A DNA stretch of 64,000 nt from Candidatus Woesearchaeota archaeon (GCA_047602905.1 JBLKOP010000001.1:26773-90772), one strand, 5' to 3'. Positions 46,759 to 57,587 are shown, counted from the stretch's first letter. Numbers and translations: made by a program. Notes: a model not told the origin generated them from the letters alone.

Positions 46759-47304
46759 ATGAATCGCTGTTCTTGGTGCACGAATACGTTACTGGCGGAT
46801 TATCACGACACAGAATGGGGTGTTGTAGTTACTGATGAGAACACGCTCTTTGAATTTCTTATCTTAGAAGGAGCACAAGCAGGCCTTTCTTGGAATACGG
46901 TGCTGCAGAAACGAGAAGCGTACAAAGAAGTCTTCTACGGGTTTAACCCAAAACAAGTAGCTGCTATGCGTGAAGAAGACGTGCAACGACTTCTTCAAGA
47001 CAAACGAATTATTAGACACGAAGGAAAAATTCGTTCAGCAATACACAACGCAAAAATATTTTTAGAAATACAAGAAGAATTTGGAAGTTTCAGCGACTTC
47101 TTAGAACAACTCCTTCCTAGCTTACCAGTAAAAAACGTGTACGAAACACTCGCTGACATGCCAGCACAAACAACAGACTCACAACGACTTAGTAAAGAAC
47201 TTAAGAAGCGAGAAATGAAGTACGTAGGAGCAACGATTTGTTACAGCTACCTACAAGCGATTGGTCTTGTTGATGACCACGAAAAAACGTGTTGGAGAGC
47301 CTAG
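46759..47304 (+). CDS. tag: DNA-3-methyladenine glycosylase I
   Basis: CSWCTNTLLADYHDTEWG ... LILEGAQAGLSWNTVLQKR ... EFGSFSDF. Confidence 0.75.
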   Translation: MNRCSWCTNTLLADYHDTEWGVVVTDENTLFEFLILEGAQAGLSWNTVLQKREAYKEVFYGFNPKQVAAMREEDVQRLLQDKRIIRHEGKIRSAIHNAKIFLEIQEEFGSFSDFLEQLLPSLPVKNVYETLADMPAQTTDSQRLSKELKKREMKYVGATICYSYLQAIGLVDDHEKTCWRA

Positions 47305-47702
47305 ACTTGTTGTTTATACGAAGCATGAAACACTACTTGTTCATCGTGTACGAGCTGCAAAAAAACAGGACTTACACCTAGTAGCACAGGACGAGTGTAT
47401 TTGTCAATACGTAAAGAACCTTTTTGTTTAGCAGATATGTGAGCGCTAAGTAAAGAAGAAAAATATTGCTGAGTACTTATGAATCCTCTTGCAATTAACA
47501 AACCCTCTTGCTCATAAAACGTATCAGCTAATTCCTCTAAAGGAATGCGCATATCTTCATCCACGCAAGAAGCGCTAAGAACTGCTTTGCGCACAGAATA
47601 CTTTTCTGCATGTAGTAACGAAAGTATTTGTGTATGTGGACGAATAATTTCGTGCTTTGAGTGAGCGTACACAAGAGAAAGTATGTTTTGAAGTGCTTGC
47701 AT
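47301..47702 (-). CDS. hypothetical protein
   Basis: ORF only. Confidence 0.25.
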   Translation of the reverse strand: MQALQNILSLVYAHSKHEIIRPHTQILSLLHAEKYSVRKAVLSASCVDEDMRIPLEELADTFYEQEGLLIARGFISTQQYFSSLLSAHISAKQKGSLRIDKYTRPVLLGVSPVFLQLVHDEQVVFHASYKQQV

Positions 47703-47822
47703 ACAAAGAAGCAGTAGCTATGTATTCATTACTGTTTCGAAAAAACGTGCTTGTTGTATCTTCGAGGAAGTAGTTACGAAAAGAAGTGTTTAAATACTGC
47801 TGTTAATACCTTGAACACACGC

Positions 47823-48470
47823 ATGAACCCACTGCTTAGAGAACTCAATCAAATAAATCGCCACTACAAGGCACAGCAGCGAGAAGCACGCGAAGCTCTT
47901 GTTAGTGCAAGCAAAGCACAACGAGAACTTCAAACGATTCACGAAGACTTTCCAGAAAAAGAACTGGATCATCTTATTCCTTTGTTTGAGCAAGACGTAG
48001 AGCAAGAACGAAGAAAAGAAAATCTTATCAACAATAAACGAATAAGAAGTTTAGGAAGAGAACTAGACTATCGATCAAACACTTTACTTGATAGAGTCTA
48101 CGCAGGAGAAACAACCGTACGAGAAGAACTCTTTTTATCCCTGAAAGAACGACTACACAAAACAACTCTACAAGAACAAGAACTACACAGTGATTTTTAC
48201 GAACTTATGCTAATAACAAAAGAACCCTTTGATACACAATCAAAATATTTCTTAGAAGCAGACCTTGAACAGAAACGTTTCATAAATAAATGGTGGACTC
48301 CTAGCCCAGTTTCGTTAGTACTATCCGTTAATAAATCATTATCTGATCAAATCATTAAACAAACAAGCATGAGAAACTCTGCTAATAAGCTACTGATGCA
48401 AGCAAATAAGTTAGATGCCTATATACGAGAAACACAGCCACAACTACGTCTATACTTTCCAGCCTCCTAA
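47823..48470 (+). CDS. hypothetical coiled-coil protein
   Basis: ORF; start moved to MNPLLRELNQ (TATA about 30 bp upstream). Confidence 0.3.
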   Translation: MNPLLRELNQINRHYKAQQREAREALVSASKAQRELQTIHEDFPEKELDHLIPLFEQDVEQERRKENLINNKRIRSLGRELDYRSNTLLDRVYAGETTVREELFLSLKERLHKTTLQEQELHSDFYELMLITKEPFDTQSKYFLEADLEQKRFINKWWTPSPVSLVLSVNKSLSDQIIKQTSMRNSANKLLMQANKLDAYIRETQPQLRLYFPAS

Positions 48471-48473
48471 TAT

Positions 48474-48866
48474 TTACACGCGCATAGCAGCTTGTTTGCT
48501 GAGCTCATCAGCAACACTGTTTTCTTCTCGAGGAACGTAACTAATAGTAAACGAACTAAGTTGCTGCGCTAACGCCCAAATAGCTTCTGCTAAGGGAAGT
48601 AGTTTCTCATCCTTAATGCGCCAGTTCTTACTGACTTGCTCAACAACTAACTTGCTATCAAGAAACGCCTCTACCTCAGTAACTCCCATATCAAGAGCTA
48701 ACTGCAACGCCTTAAGAAGAGCGGAGTACTCAGCAACGTTATTAGTACCTACTCCATGAAAAAACTTTTCTTTACGAACACCCAGACTCGTCTCTATAAC
48801 CACACCAAGACCCATAGGACCAGGATTGCCCAGGCAAGCACCATCAGTATGAATAGTTGCTTTCAT
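48474..48866 (-). CDS. rnhA: ribonuclease HI
   Basis: TDGACLGNPGPMG, TNNVAEYSALLKAL, REENSVADELS. Confidence 0.8.
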   Translation of the reverse strand: MKATIHTDGACLGNPGPMGLGVVIETSLGVRKEKFFHGVGTNNVAEYSALLKALQLALDMGVTEVEAFLDSKLVVEQVSKNWRIKDEKLLPLAEAIWALAQQLSSFTISYVPREENSVADELSKQAAMRV

Positions 48867-50323
48867 TGTTTTGGCTTCATAGCAGGAAAGAAAATAACGT
48901 CACGAATACTGGTGGTATTCGTAAGTAACATGACTAAACGATCAATACCGATACCTATACCGCCAGTAGGAGGCATGCCGTACTTCATAGCCTCAACAAA
49001 ATCTTCATCCATAGGGTGTGCTTCGTCATCTCCTGCAACTCGCTCATCAACTTGCTGGCGCAAACGAGCTTCTTGGTCGCGAGGATCAGTAAGTTCGCTG
49101 TACGCGTTAGCAATCTCCCAGCCATTAATGAAGAGCTCAAAACGCTCAACGTACCGCTCATCTTTGCGATGAATTTTTGTTAACGGACTGGTCTCAACAG
49201 GGTAATCAGTGATGAAGGTAGGCTGAATAAGTTGCTCCTCAACGAGTTCTTCAAACAACGCAAGAACAGCGTAGCCCCAAGTAGGCTGGTTAGGAGTTGC
49301 TTTGTGCTTCTTACAATACGCAAGGATCTCCTGCTCATCCATATCCTCCACGTTAAGATTAGCGTATTTCTTAATAGCATCCACCATGCGTAAACGAGTA
49401 AACGGAAGCTTCAGACTAATCGTTTCTGTACCAACAACTACTTTTGGCTCTCCATGCAACTGCTGTGCTAAACCACTAATGAGCTGCTCGGCTTGTTGCA
49501 TCATAACAGTATAATCAGCGTACGCCTGGTACCACTCAACCTGCGTAAACTCTGGGTTGTGCGTGGTATCAACTCCTTCGTTACGAAAATCTCTTGCTAT
49601 CTCATAAATCTTCTCAAAACCACCAATGACTAGTCGCTTCAGGTACAACTCGTTACTAATACGAAGATATAAGTCCTGCTTAAGAGCGTTGTGATGAGTA
49701 ACAAACGGACGAGCATTAGCGCCCCCGTAAATAGGTTGCAAGATAGGCGTTTCTACCTCTAAAAACCCTTGTTTATCAAGGAACTTACGAATACCACTAA
49801 TGACTTTACTTCTTTTTACGAAACGATCCTTACTCTCAGGATTATAGAGTAAATCAAGGTATCGTTTACGATAACGAATCTCTACGTCTTGTATTCCATG
49901 ATACTTCTCAGGCATAGGCATAAGGTTCTTTGAAAGAAGGGTTAATTGATGAGCACGAACAGTAATCTCATCTGTTTTTGTACGAAACACAGGACCAGCA
50001 ACACCAACGATGTCACCAACATCTAAGTTCTTTAGTAAGGAGAACTCCTTAGTATCGTTTTTACTCAGAAGAACTTGTATCTGCCCAGAATCATCTTGTA
50101 CCTTAAGAAAAGCAAGTTTTCCCATATCCCGAGAAAACATTACTCGACCAGCAACACTAACAATCTCCTCAGAAGGAGTGCTCGTAACGTTCTTAAACTC
50201 CTCAAGAACCGTTTTTGCTTGGTGAGTTACGTCGTAGCGGTGAGGGTACGCGGTAATACCTGCTTCTTCAAGAGCAGCGAGTTTATCGTGTTTATCAGCA
50301 ATAATGTCATCCATAAGCAACAA
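48863..50323 (-). CDS. lysS: lysyl-tRNA synthetase, class II
   Basis: Class II motifs (FRNEGVDTTHNPEFTQVEWYQAY; GGIGIGIDRLVMLL); N-terminal OB anticodon-binding domain. Confidence 0.85.
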   Translation of the reverse strand: MLLMDDIIADKHDKLAALEEAGITAYPHRYDVTHQAKTVLEEFKNVTSTPSEEIVSVAGRVMFSRDMGKLAFLKVQDDSGQIQVLLSKNDTKEFSLLKNLDVGDIVGVAGPVFRTKTDEITVRAHQLTLLSKNLMPMPEKYHGIQDVEIRYRKRYLDLLYNPESKDRFVKRSKVISGIRKFLDKQGFLEVETPILQPIYGGANARPFVTHHNALKQDLYLRISNELYLKRLVIGGFEKIYEIARDFRNEGVDTTHNPEFTQVEWYQAYADYTVMMQQAEQLISGLAQQLHGEPKVVVGTETISLKLPFTRLRMVDAIKKYANLNVEDMDEQEILAYCKKHKATPNQPTWGYAVLALFEELVEEQLIQPTFITDYPVETSPLTKIHRKDERYVERFELFINGWEIANAYSELTDPRDQEARLRQQVDERVAGDDEAHPMDEDFVEAMKYGMPPTGGIGIGIDRLVMLLTNTTSIRDVIFFPAMKPKQ

Positions 50324-50395
50324 GAAGGAAAGAATTGTTTAAAAGAGTTAGCGTACAACAAAGCTCACTGGACACACTGGACATGCACGGCCAAG

Positions 50396-50824
50396 ATGCT
50401 TATAAGTAAGAAGAAGTATGTTTCTTACATGGCTTCAGAAACCCAAACCCGAACTGAAAACGAACAATACATACAACCACTCATGGACAAAGCATTCTTT
50501 GGCAAAGATAACTGCCTAACCGTGCAGCTGCGAGCAAAGAACGTGTACTTTAAATGGGGAAAAAAAGTTGGTGAGCAATGGGAGTGGAAGAACGTAAAGT
50601 TTAGTGATGTCGAGCTAGGAGATATTCTTCGATTATTACAAGGAGACGTAAGCGAGGTAAAGTTTTATCATTCCTTTAACGAGGAGAGCACACAAATATG
50701 GGGTTCTCGACTCAAAGACAAAGTAGTACTTAAAGCAGCAGACTACACGAAAGGACTAAGCGCAGGAGAGCAGAAAGTCCTAGAAGTACTGCTCACACAC
50801 GCTATTTGGATGATGAACGTATAA
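50396..50824 (+). CDS. hypothetical protein
   Basis: ORF; annotated N-terminal extension overlaps lysS on opposite strand, so start moved to MLISKK. Confidence 0.3.
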   Translation: MLISKKKYVSYMASETQTRTENEQYIQPLMDKAFFGKDNCLTVQLRAKNVYFKWGKKVGEQWEWKNVKFSDVELGDILRLLQGDVSEVKFYHSFNEESTQIWGSRLKDKVVLKAADYTKGLSAGEQKVLEVLLTHAIWMMNV

Positions 50825-50854
50825 GTATAAAAACAACTGCTACCTACTACTAGT

Positions 50855-51100
50855 ATGGTTTGGTTTGAGCTCTCAACACTCATTATCGTTATACTCATCG
50901 TAGTAGCGTTGTTCTGGTTATTTAAGAAAACAATAGCGCTGGTTATTAACAGCATCATAGGCTTCTTCGCACTTTTCTTTGCAAGCCTGTTTTTGCCAGA
51001 ACTACAAATAGGCTTTTGGAGTATTATCATAACAGCAATAGGAGGAATTTTTGGCTTCTTAGCAATCATCATCCTTCACTTACTCGGAATAGCGTTCTGA
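50855..51100 (+). CDS. small membrane protein (2-3 TM)
   Basis: Hydrophobic throughout. Confidence 0.35.
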   Translation: MVWFELSTLIIVILIVVALFWLFKKTIALVINSIIGFFALFFASLFLPELQIGFWSIIITAIGGIFGFLAIIILHLLGIAF

Positions 51101-51144
51101 AGAGGTAAACTTATAAACAAAACGTTGTTTCACCACGTATACTC

Positions 51145-51708
51145 ATGGCAAAAGATAGAAAATTTGTAGCTTACAGACGCCTCGAGCGGCCGTACACAAG
51201 AAAAAGTAAGTACCGAAAGTACATGTACGTACGAGGACGACCACACAACAAGCTAAACAGATACGTCATGGGAAACAGAACACGAACGTTTCCAGTAAGC
51301 GTGCGTCTTGTAAGCAAGACGGGACTACAAATCCGTCACAGCGCCTTAGAAGCAGGAAGAATGGCAGCTAACCGGCGCATGGAAACACGCCTAGGAAGAA
51401 GCAACTTCTACATGAGAATACACACCTTTCCACACCACGTACTACGAGAAAACGCTCTGGCAAGCGGAGCAGGAGCAGACCGTCTCTCTACAGGAATGAA
51501 GAAAAGCTTTGGAAAACCTGTGGGTGTAGCTGCACAAATACCTAAAGGAAAAATTATTTTTGAAATAGGTGTAGAAGAAAAAAACGTTCAACTCGCAAAA
51601 GACGCATTACGCCTCGTACGCAACAAACTTCCTAACGACTACTACATACAAGTCGAGAACCAACCAACAGGAAGTAATGAGAAAGTAAATACGAAACTCA
51701 ACTTATAA
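51145..51708 (+). CDS. rpl10e: ribosomal protein L10e (uL16)
   Basis: Archaeal L10e pattern and size; TATA 30 bp upstream. Confidence 0.75.
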   Translation: MAKDRKFVAYRRLERPYTRKSKYRKYMYVRGRPHNKLNRYVMGNRTRTFPVSVRLVSKTGLQIRHSALEAGRMAANRRMETRLGRSNFYMRIHTFPHHVLRENALASGAGADRLSTGMKKSFGKPVGVAAQIPKGKIIFEIGVEEKNVQLAKDALRLVRNKLPNDYYIQVENQPTGSNEKVNTKLNL

Positions 51709-52662
51709 CTGCGTATAATACTTCTTTGCACAAGCAAGAATCTCTTCTCGTAACAAATCCACATCAGAAACAGTTTTTTCAGAAACAAACCGCTCTGCCT
51801 GCTCATCACTAGCGATATCAAGCTTTGAGACGAACTCAAGAATAGGAGCTCGCAAATCACTTAAGGAAGCTCGCAAGCCACGCTGCAACTCCTCAGAATA
51901 CTGCTCGGTAGGGTCATACACAAAAATGATTAAGTCAGCAACGTACTTTAGAGCAAGAGCAGCTTGGTCCTCAATAGCGTTTGTGTACTCCCTATTCAGC
52001 GTACCAGGAGTATCAATAAACTGCACCTTATAATGCTCCAGCTTAGCAGAACCAACATTCAAACTCTTCGTAGTAAACGCGTAGCTATTCACCTCAGCAG
52101 CGCTACCAGTAATTTTTTGAAACAACGTAGACTTACCGACATTAGGAAAACCAGCGATACAAACAGTAAACATCTCCTTAACAACAGGCAAATCCTCTAA
52201 CAAGCGACGAATCTCCTCCAACCAAATAAACGACTCCTCTAAACGAGTAAGCACAGAAGCAACGCGACCAAAATACTCGCTCATAGCCTTCTTAACCTCA
52301 TCAACATCACCAGCAGCCTCTACACGCCCCTTATACTTCTTAGTCAACGTACTAACCACTTGTTTAGTACTATCAACACGGCCAAGAACGCGCTTATAAT
52401 CATCAAGAGAAAAATGTGTGCCTAATAACGCGCGATAAAACTCGCTAAGAGCATCCACGCTAGGAAAAGAAGTAACTAACTTAGCTAAGCGACTAATAAC
52501 AACCTCGCGAAAAGCAAATAATCGTTCTCGCTCAAACTTACGAGAAGCACTTAACGCGTCATCATACGGCTTCTTACGCATAGACTTAGGGCGAGCAGCG
52601 CTTAAAGAGGAGCGCATAAGCTCTTGTGAGCGAGGAACCTGAGGAATTTTTGCAAAAGCCAT
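51703..52662 (-). CDS. NOG1-family GTPase
   Basis: G1 AGFPNVGKSTL, G3 DTPG; NOG1-type N-terminal domain. Confidence 0.75.
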   Translation of the reverse strand: MAFAKIPQVPRSQELMRSSLSAARPKSMRKKPYDDALSASRKFERERLFAFREVVISRLAKLVTSFPSVDALSEFYRALLGTHFSLDDYKRVLGRVDSTKQVVSTLTKKYKGRVEAAGDVDEVKKAMSEYFGRVASVLTRLEESFIWLEEIRRLLEDLPVVKEMFTVCIAGFPNVGKSTLFQKITGSAAEVNSYAFTTKSLNVGSAKLEHYKVQFIDTPGTLNREYTNAIEDQAALALKYVADLIIFVYDPTEQYSEELQRGLRASLSDLRAPILEFVSKLDIASDEQAERFVSEKTVSDVDLLREEILACAKKYYTQL

Positions 52663-52748
52663 ACAAGAAAGAAAAGGAGCGGCCTTTTTAAATACAGGGC
52701 GTTTTCACAAGAAACGACTAAGGATGAAAAAGGCCTTGGAGAAAACAC

Positions 52749-53138
52749 ATGGAACTAAAAATTAATATTGCAAGCCCGAACGGAACAACGAAACAACTCA
52801 CAGTAGCAGACGCAAAAGCACTGCACGGACTAAAAATCGGAGAGACCTTTAAAGGAGAAATGATTGATAAAACCGGCTACGAGTTCACCATAACAGGAGG
52901 AAGCAACAACAGCGGACTACCAATGAGATGGGATGTTGAAGGACCAGGACAAAAAAAGATTCTTATAACAGGAGGAGTAGGTCACAAACCAAAACGACAA
53001 GGACAACGAGTAAGAAAAACCGTTGCGGGAAACACCGTAGGAGCAAAAACCTCGCAGCTAAACGTCAAAGTAACTAAAGAAGGAAAAACCCCGTTATTTG
53101 AAGAAGCACAACAAGAAACAACACCAACAGAGGAATAA
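52749..53138 (+). CDS. rps6e: ribosomal protein S6e
   Basis: YEFTITGGSNNSGLPMR motif; typical 129 aa. Confidence 0.75.
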   Translation: MELKINIASPNGTTKQLTVADAKALHGLKIGETFKGEMIDKTGYEFTITGGSNNSGLPMRWDVEGPGQKKILITGGVGHKPKRQGQRVRKTVAGNTVGAKTSQLNVKVTKEGKTPLFEEAQQETTPTEE

Positions 53139-53141
53139 ATC

Positions 53142-54380
53142 TTGCAGCCAGAAATAAATATCGGCTTAGTAGGCCACGTAGACCACGGAAAAACCACGCT
53201 CACCCAGCAACTCAGCGGGAAATGGACTGACACGCACTCAGAGGAGCTTAAGCGAGGAATCACTATACGTCTAGGATACGCAGACGCGCAGATACGAGAA
53301 GTTCCTGGAGCAAAAAAACTTGATGCGTACACAACAAAAGAAACTGTTAACGGAAAAAAAACCACTCTTGCAAGAAAAATTAGTCTTATAGACGCGCCAG
53401 GACACGAAAGCCTCATGGCAACAATGATCGCAGGAGCAAGTCTTATGGACGGAGCACTACTCATGGTAAGCGCAACAGAAAGCGTACCGCAACCACAAAC
53501 TGTAGAGCACCTCATGGCACTAGAGATGAGTGGAATAGAACACGTAATCGTGGTACAGAACAAAATAGACGCGGTAAGTGCGAAGCGAGCAACAGAGAAC
53601 TATGAACAAATCAAGGCTTTTTTGAAAGATACGCGCTTTACAGAAGCACCTATTATTCCTATAAGTGCTTTACAAGGAACAAATATTGATGCACTACTAT
53701 ACGCAATTCAAGAACACATACCCACACCTAAGCGAGACGAGAAAGCACCTGCTCGCATGCACGTAGCAAGAAGCTTTGACGTAAATAAACCAGGAACTAC
53801 GCCAGAAAACCTTAAAGGAGGCGTTCTCGGAGGAGCAGTTGTTCAAGGAGTCTTTAGGAAAGGACAAGAAATCGAGATTCGACCAGGAAGAATGAGTCAA
53901 GAAGCAAACAAGCTTGTAGCGCACCCAATAACCACGACCATCACCTCGCTAGTAAGCGGAGGAGAACAACTCAAAACACTACACGCAGGAGGAAGCAGCG
54001 CACTCATGACAACACTAGACCCAGCAGTAGTAGCTAGTGACTCATTAACAGGAAGCGTAGTAGGAGCGCCAGGAGAACTCCCTCCAGTATGGTACACGAT
54101 AGAACTAGAAACGACTCTTCTTGAACGAATGGTAGGGATGCAAGGAGCAGAAGCAACTATACACCCGCTTAAATCAGGAGAGCTACTCTTACTAAACGTT
54201 CATAGCAGCACCACAGCAGGACAAATCATTGATTTAGGAAAGAACAAAGCAACACTTGCTTTGCGAATGCCTATCTGCGCAGACACAAATGATCGTATTA
54301 CTCTGTCAAGAAAGTTCGGTACACGCTTTCGATTAATCGGGTACGGAATTCTTAAAGGAGGAAAAAACACTCCTCAGTAG
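53142..54380 (+). CDS. translation initiation factor aIF2 gamma subunit
   Basis: NIGLVGHVDHGKTTL G1, DAPGHE, NKID, zinc-knuckle Cys; TTG start in ORF track. Confidence 0.85.
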   Translation: MQPEINIGLVGHVDHGKTTLTQQLSGKWTDTHSEELKRGITIRLGYADAQIREVPGAKKLDAYTTKETVNGKKTTLARKISLIDAPGHESLMATMIAGASLMDGALLMVSATESVPQPQTVEHLMALEMSGIEHVIVVQNKIDAVSAKRATENYEQIKAFLKDTRFTEAPIIPISALQGTNIDALLYAIQEHIPTPKRDEKAPARMHVARSFDVNKPGTTPENLKGGVLGGAVVQGVFRKGQEIEIRPGRMSQEANKLVAHPITTTITSLVSGGEQLKTLHAGGSSALMTTLDPAVVASDSLTGSVVGAPGELPPVWYTIELETTLLERMVGMQGAEATIHPLKSGELLLLNVHSSTTAGQIIDLGKNKATLALRMPICADTNDRITLSRKFGTRFRLIGYGILKGGKNTPQ

Positions 54381-54505
54381 TACTTGTCACTGAACACGTA
54401 TGACAAAATGCGTAAAGCTTAAAAAGGGTTAATACCAGTAAGGTAGTATACTCAGTTTGGGGGAACTGGCCGTTATCAACAACCCTATAACAAGGAGAAG
54501 AATCT

Positions 54506-55003
54506 ATGAACGATACACAAAAACCAACAGAATACGTCATCACAGAACTCGTAGGAGAAGACGCACTAGAAGCAATCGAATACCTACAAGGAAAGAAAAA
54601 CGTAAGCGAATTCATCATAGCAGAAGACCTAGGAATAGAAATCCACGAGATGAGAAACATCCTGTACCGCTGCTACGACCACAACATATGCACATTCGTA
54701 CGACGAAAAGACAAGAAGAAAGGATGGTACATCTGCTACTGGAACTTCAATGCAGAACAAATACCGCACCTACAAGCAAAGATACAAAAAAACAAGATAG
54801 CAAAACTCACGCAAAGACTCGCAACCGAGCAACAAGGACAATTCTACATGTGCAAACAAGCATGCGTACGCATGGACTTTGACAAAGCAGTAGAGTACAA
54901 CTTTAAATGCCCAGAATGCGGAGAAATACAAGAAATGCAAGACAACGCAAGAACAATAGCGTTCCTAACAGAGCAACTAGAAAAACTCACAGCACAAGAA
55001 TAA
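54506..55003 (+). CDS. tfe: transcription factor E (TFIIE-alpha homolog)
   Basis: N-terminal winged helix, C-terminal zinc ribbon CPECGEI; T-run terminators downstream. Confidence 0.7.
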   Translation: MNDTQKPTEYVITELVGEDALEAIEYLQGKKNVSEFIIAEDLGIEIHEMRNILYRCYDHNICTFVRRKDKKKGWYICYWNFNAEQIPHLQAKIQKNKIAKLTQRLATEQQGQFYMCKQACVRMDFDKAVEYNFKCPECGEIQEMQDNARTIAFLTEQLEKLTAQE

Positions 55004-55130
55004 CTTTTTTCTAATACTTTTTCTTTTTTCTCACTGCACACAATTAACTCTATTCGGCATAAAAATAAGATTCTAACACTTAATAAAGCGTTACATTCAA
55101 AAAGAAACAACTAATTCAGAAATACACTAA

Positions 55131-55214
55131 GCCGCAATCGCATAATCTGGTTATTGCACCGCCCTGGAAAGGCGGGCCCTCACGGGCGTCCCGGTTCAAA
55201 TCCGGGTTGCGGCG
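55131..55214 (+). tRNA. tRNA-Ser (anticodon GGA) with long variable arm
   Basis: Acceptor GCCGCAA/TTGCGGC, anticodon stem CCGCC/GGCGG loop CTGGAAA, variable arm GCCCTCACGGGCG, T-arm CCCGG-TTCAAAT-CCGGG. Confidence 0.75.
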
Positions 55215-55998
55215 TCCAGTGAAGCCAATTATTTGTTTTGGTCAACAACCAAACGGAGTTCTCCCGACAAACTTCTTCATCGCAAAACTACGCACAGCAA
55301 AGAAACTCCAAGAAGAAATAGGAGGAAGAATAGTGTGGTTTTGTCATGACAGCGACCACGACGCTCAAGAAACAAGAACAAGAATACCTAGTAAGCAACA
55401 CCCAGAAGGACACGTAGACATTAACTTCACCTTCAAAAACAAGACGCAAAGAAAATACACGCCACTAAGCCACAAAGAAATAAGTGGCCTAGAAGAGATA
55501 CGGGAAACACTCCTACGACTAGCACCAAACGCAATACAAGCCTTTGAGAAAGTACAAGCAAGAACAGCAAGCGAGTTCTGCATAGAAATGTACACACAAC
55601 TAGGACTACTTGAAGGAATAGAAGTGGTTAGATCAAGTGACGAGGCCTTTAGAAAACAAGCAAGCGTTTGGGATACAGAAGAAGGCTGGTACTACGACAC
55701 AACTTATAACGGGGAGCTCGTACGAGCAAACCTTGAAGGAAAACAATTACGCCTACATAAAGGAGGAGGAAAGTACCAAGAACTCGAAGAAGTAAAGGAG
55801 TTAGAACAAGAACGCCTAAACCCAGGCTGGAAGAAACGCTTTGACTGGATGCAAACAGCAATACAAGCAACGCACTACGTAGTAGGGCGCAGCGAGAAAG
55901 AATACCTAGAAGAAGTAAACATAAAACACCCAGCAGAATTCATAGACAGAGAAGAAATAGCAAACAGCGGATACGCATGGATTCAGCAAAGAAAATAA
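55207..55998 (+). CDS. hypothetical protein (start uncertain; annotated start overlaps tRNA-Ser)
   Basis: ORF only. Confidence 0.3.
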   Translation: MRRPVKPIICFGQQPNGVLPTNFFIAKLRTAKKLQEEIGGRIVWFCHDSDHDAQETRTRIPSKQHPEGHVDINFTFKNKTQRKYTPLSHKEISGLEEIRETLLRLAPNAIQAFEKVQARTASEFCIEMYTQLGLLEGIEVVRSSDEAFRKQASVWDTEEGWYYDTTYNGELVRANLEGKQLRLHKGGGKYQELEEVKELEQERLNPGWKKRFDWMQTAIQATHYVVGRSEKEYLEEVNIKHPAEFIDREEIANSGYAWIQQRK

Positions 55999-56009
55999 GA
56001 ACTTTATTG

Positions 56010-56441
56010 TTATTTATCTATTCGTAACCATTGCCCATGCTCAAAGTACATGTCCTTTCCAAACTTGAATGCTGCGAGTCCCAGATCCTGTTCATGTCCA
56101 TACAAGATATTGTGCGATGTAGTAGTTTCATTAATTAATTCAACTATACCGCCTGTTTGGATTATAAGCTCATTTTTTTCTTCTACAACAACATTAACTC
56201 CTTGTATCAATTTTTCTAGTTCCTCTTTTGATACCCAAGCAGATTGTACTGTTCTATGGGATGGACCGGTAAAAATATGTATCTTTTTTGGAAGACCTGA
56301 CTGTTTCATGTCTTGGCATATTCCTTTACTTGCATTAACTATTTGCTGTTTTCCTTCCGTAGTAAGGGGGTTCTTTTCATAGCTATGATCATGATCTCCA
56401 TGACGAACAATATAAAAATGTTGAAGTACTAAATTATTCAT
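56010..56441 (-). CDS. histidine phosphatase superfamily (phosphoglycerate-mutase-like) protein
   Basis: IVRHGD catalytic motif; AT-rich, atypical composition. Confidence 0.55.
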   Translation of the reverse strand: MNNLVLQHFYIVRHGDHDHSYEKNPLTTEGKQQIVNASKGICQDMKQSGLPKKIHIFTGPSHRTVQSAWVSKEELEKLIQGVNVVVEEKNELIIQTGGIVELINETTTSHNILYGHEQDLGLAAFKFGKDMYFEHGQWLRIDK

Positions 56442-56461
56442 AAACTACTAGTGAGTGAATA

Positions 56462-57154
56462 TTATTTAAATGTGTTTATTCTTAGAAGAGAAGAAAACGA
56501 TATAGGAACAGCATCCACGCTCACAAACTCCTCAACAAACACTTCACCGCGCTGACGAAGAGAAACCAAGTACTCAGCAACACCACCCTCCTTAAGAGCG
56601 AGCTGAGAAGCATGACAAGCCATTAACTCACGAAACAACTGCATATACTTAGTTACCTCAACACACACGGTAGGTCTATCAAAACGACCAAGCATATAGT
56701 ACAGAACGTGAGACACTCGATGAGCAGAACCAGAAATAGAAGAAGCGTTTTTGAAACGAGCAAGGCGAGTAGCGAAACGAACAGCACTACCAAGAGCGAG
56801 GTGATCCGGATGAGACGAGCCAGAAACGTGACTGTCAGGATTATCGTACCAAGGAGCAAAGACCATAGAGGGCTGGTACTTACGAATAACACCTGCGAGT
56901 TCTTTACGCAAAACAACATTATCCTCAACAGAACAATCCATGTAATCAAGAATCGTAATATCAGCGCCTAAGAAATTCGCTGCCTGCTTCATCTCCGCTT
57001 CACGAACAACAGGAGTGCCAAACGTGCCGCACTCACCACGAGTCAAGACACAAATAGCTATCGAAAACCCCTCTTGAGCAAGCCGGCACAGCGTTGCTCC
57101 CATACCAAACTCAGCATCATCAGGGTGAGCACCAAACACTAAAACATCAACCAT
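56462..57154 (-). CDS. PIG-L/LmbE-family N-acetylglucosaminyl deacetylase
   Basis: HPDDAEFGMG and HPDH metal-binding motifs. Confidence 0.7.
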   Translation of the reverse strand: MVDVLVFGAHPDDAEFGMGATLCRLAQEGFSIAICVLTRGECGTFGTPVVREAEMKQAANFLGADITILDYMDCSVEDNVVLRKELAGVIRKYQPSMVFAPWYDNPDSHVSGSSHPDHLALGSAVRFATRLARFKNASSISGSAHRVSHVLYYMLGRFDRPTVCVEVTKYMQLFRELMACHASQLALKEGGVAEYLVSLRQRGEVFVEEFVSVDAVPISFSSLLRINTFK

Positions 57155-57186
57155 ACCATGTAGTAAGCGTTACGCACACATAAAGG

Positions 57187-57399
57187 TTACTTCTTTTTCT
57201 TACGTTTACCAGACTGCTTAGCAGCAGTTTGTTTCTGAGCACGAACATACAAATACGCAAGAACCGCGATAAGTACTGCAAAACCACCCCAGAACCAAAA
57301 AATACTTGTTGGGTCCTGCGCGTACGCAGGAGGAGAGCCTTGGTGTTGTCCTACAGTGTCGTGATACACTCCAAAAACGAAGGTGGTTACATCAATCAT
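57187..57399 (-). CDS. small membrane protein with poly-Lys tail
   Basis: One TM plus C-terminal SGKRKKKK. Confidence 0.3.
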   Translation of the reverse strand: MIDVTTFVFGVYHDTVGQHQGSPPAYAQDPTSIFWFWGGFAVLIAVLAYLYVRAQKQTAAKQSGKRKKKK

Positions 57400-57474
57400 A
57401 CCTCTTCTATTACGTAAACAACTATAAGTGTTATGCTTAAGTTAAAAAAGCAAACAAGAATACTGTGTGTACAC

Positions 57475-57546
57475 GGGCTCATGGTCTAATGGTATGATAC
57501 TCCGCTGGCAGCGGAGAGACTCCGGGTTCGATCCCCGGTGAGTCCA
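57475..57546 (+). tRNA. tRNA-Ala (anticodon GGC)
   Basis: Acceptor GGGCTCA with G3:U70, anticodon loop CTGGCAG. Confidence 0.75.
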
Positions 57547-57587
57547 GTAAAACCTTATAAATAAGACACAGATACACCATATAAGAC

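Noticed and set aside
55211-55218. Genomically encoded CCA end on tRNA-Ser
   Set aside because: The sequence after the discriminator base is TCCA, not CCA, so CCA is most likely added post-transcriptionally.
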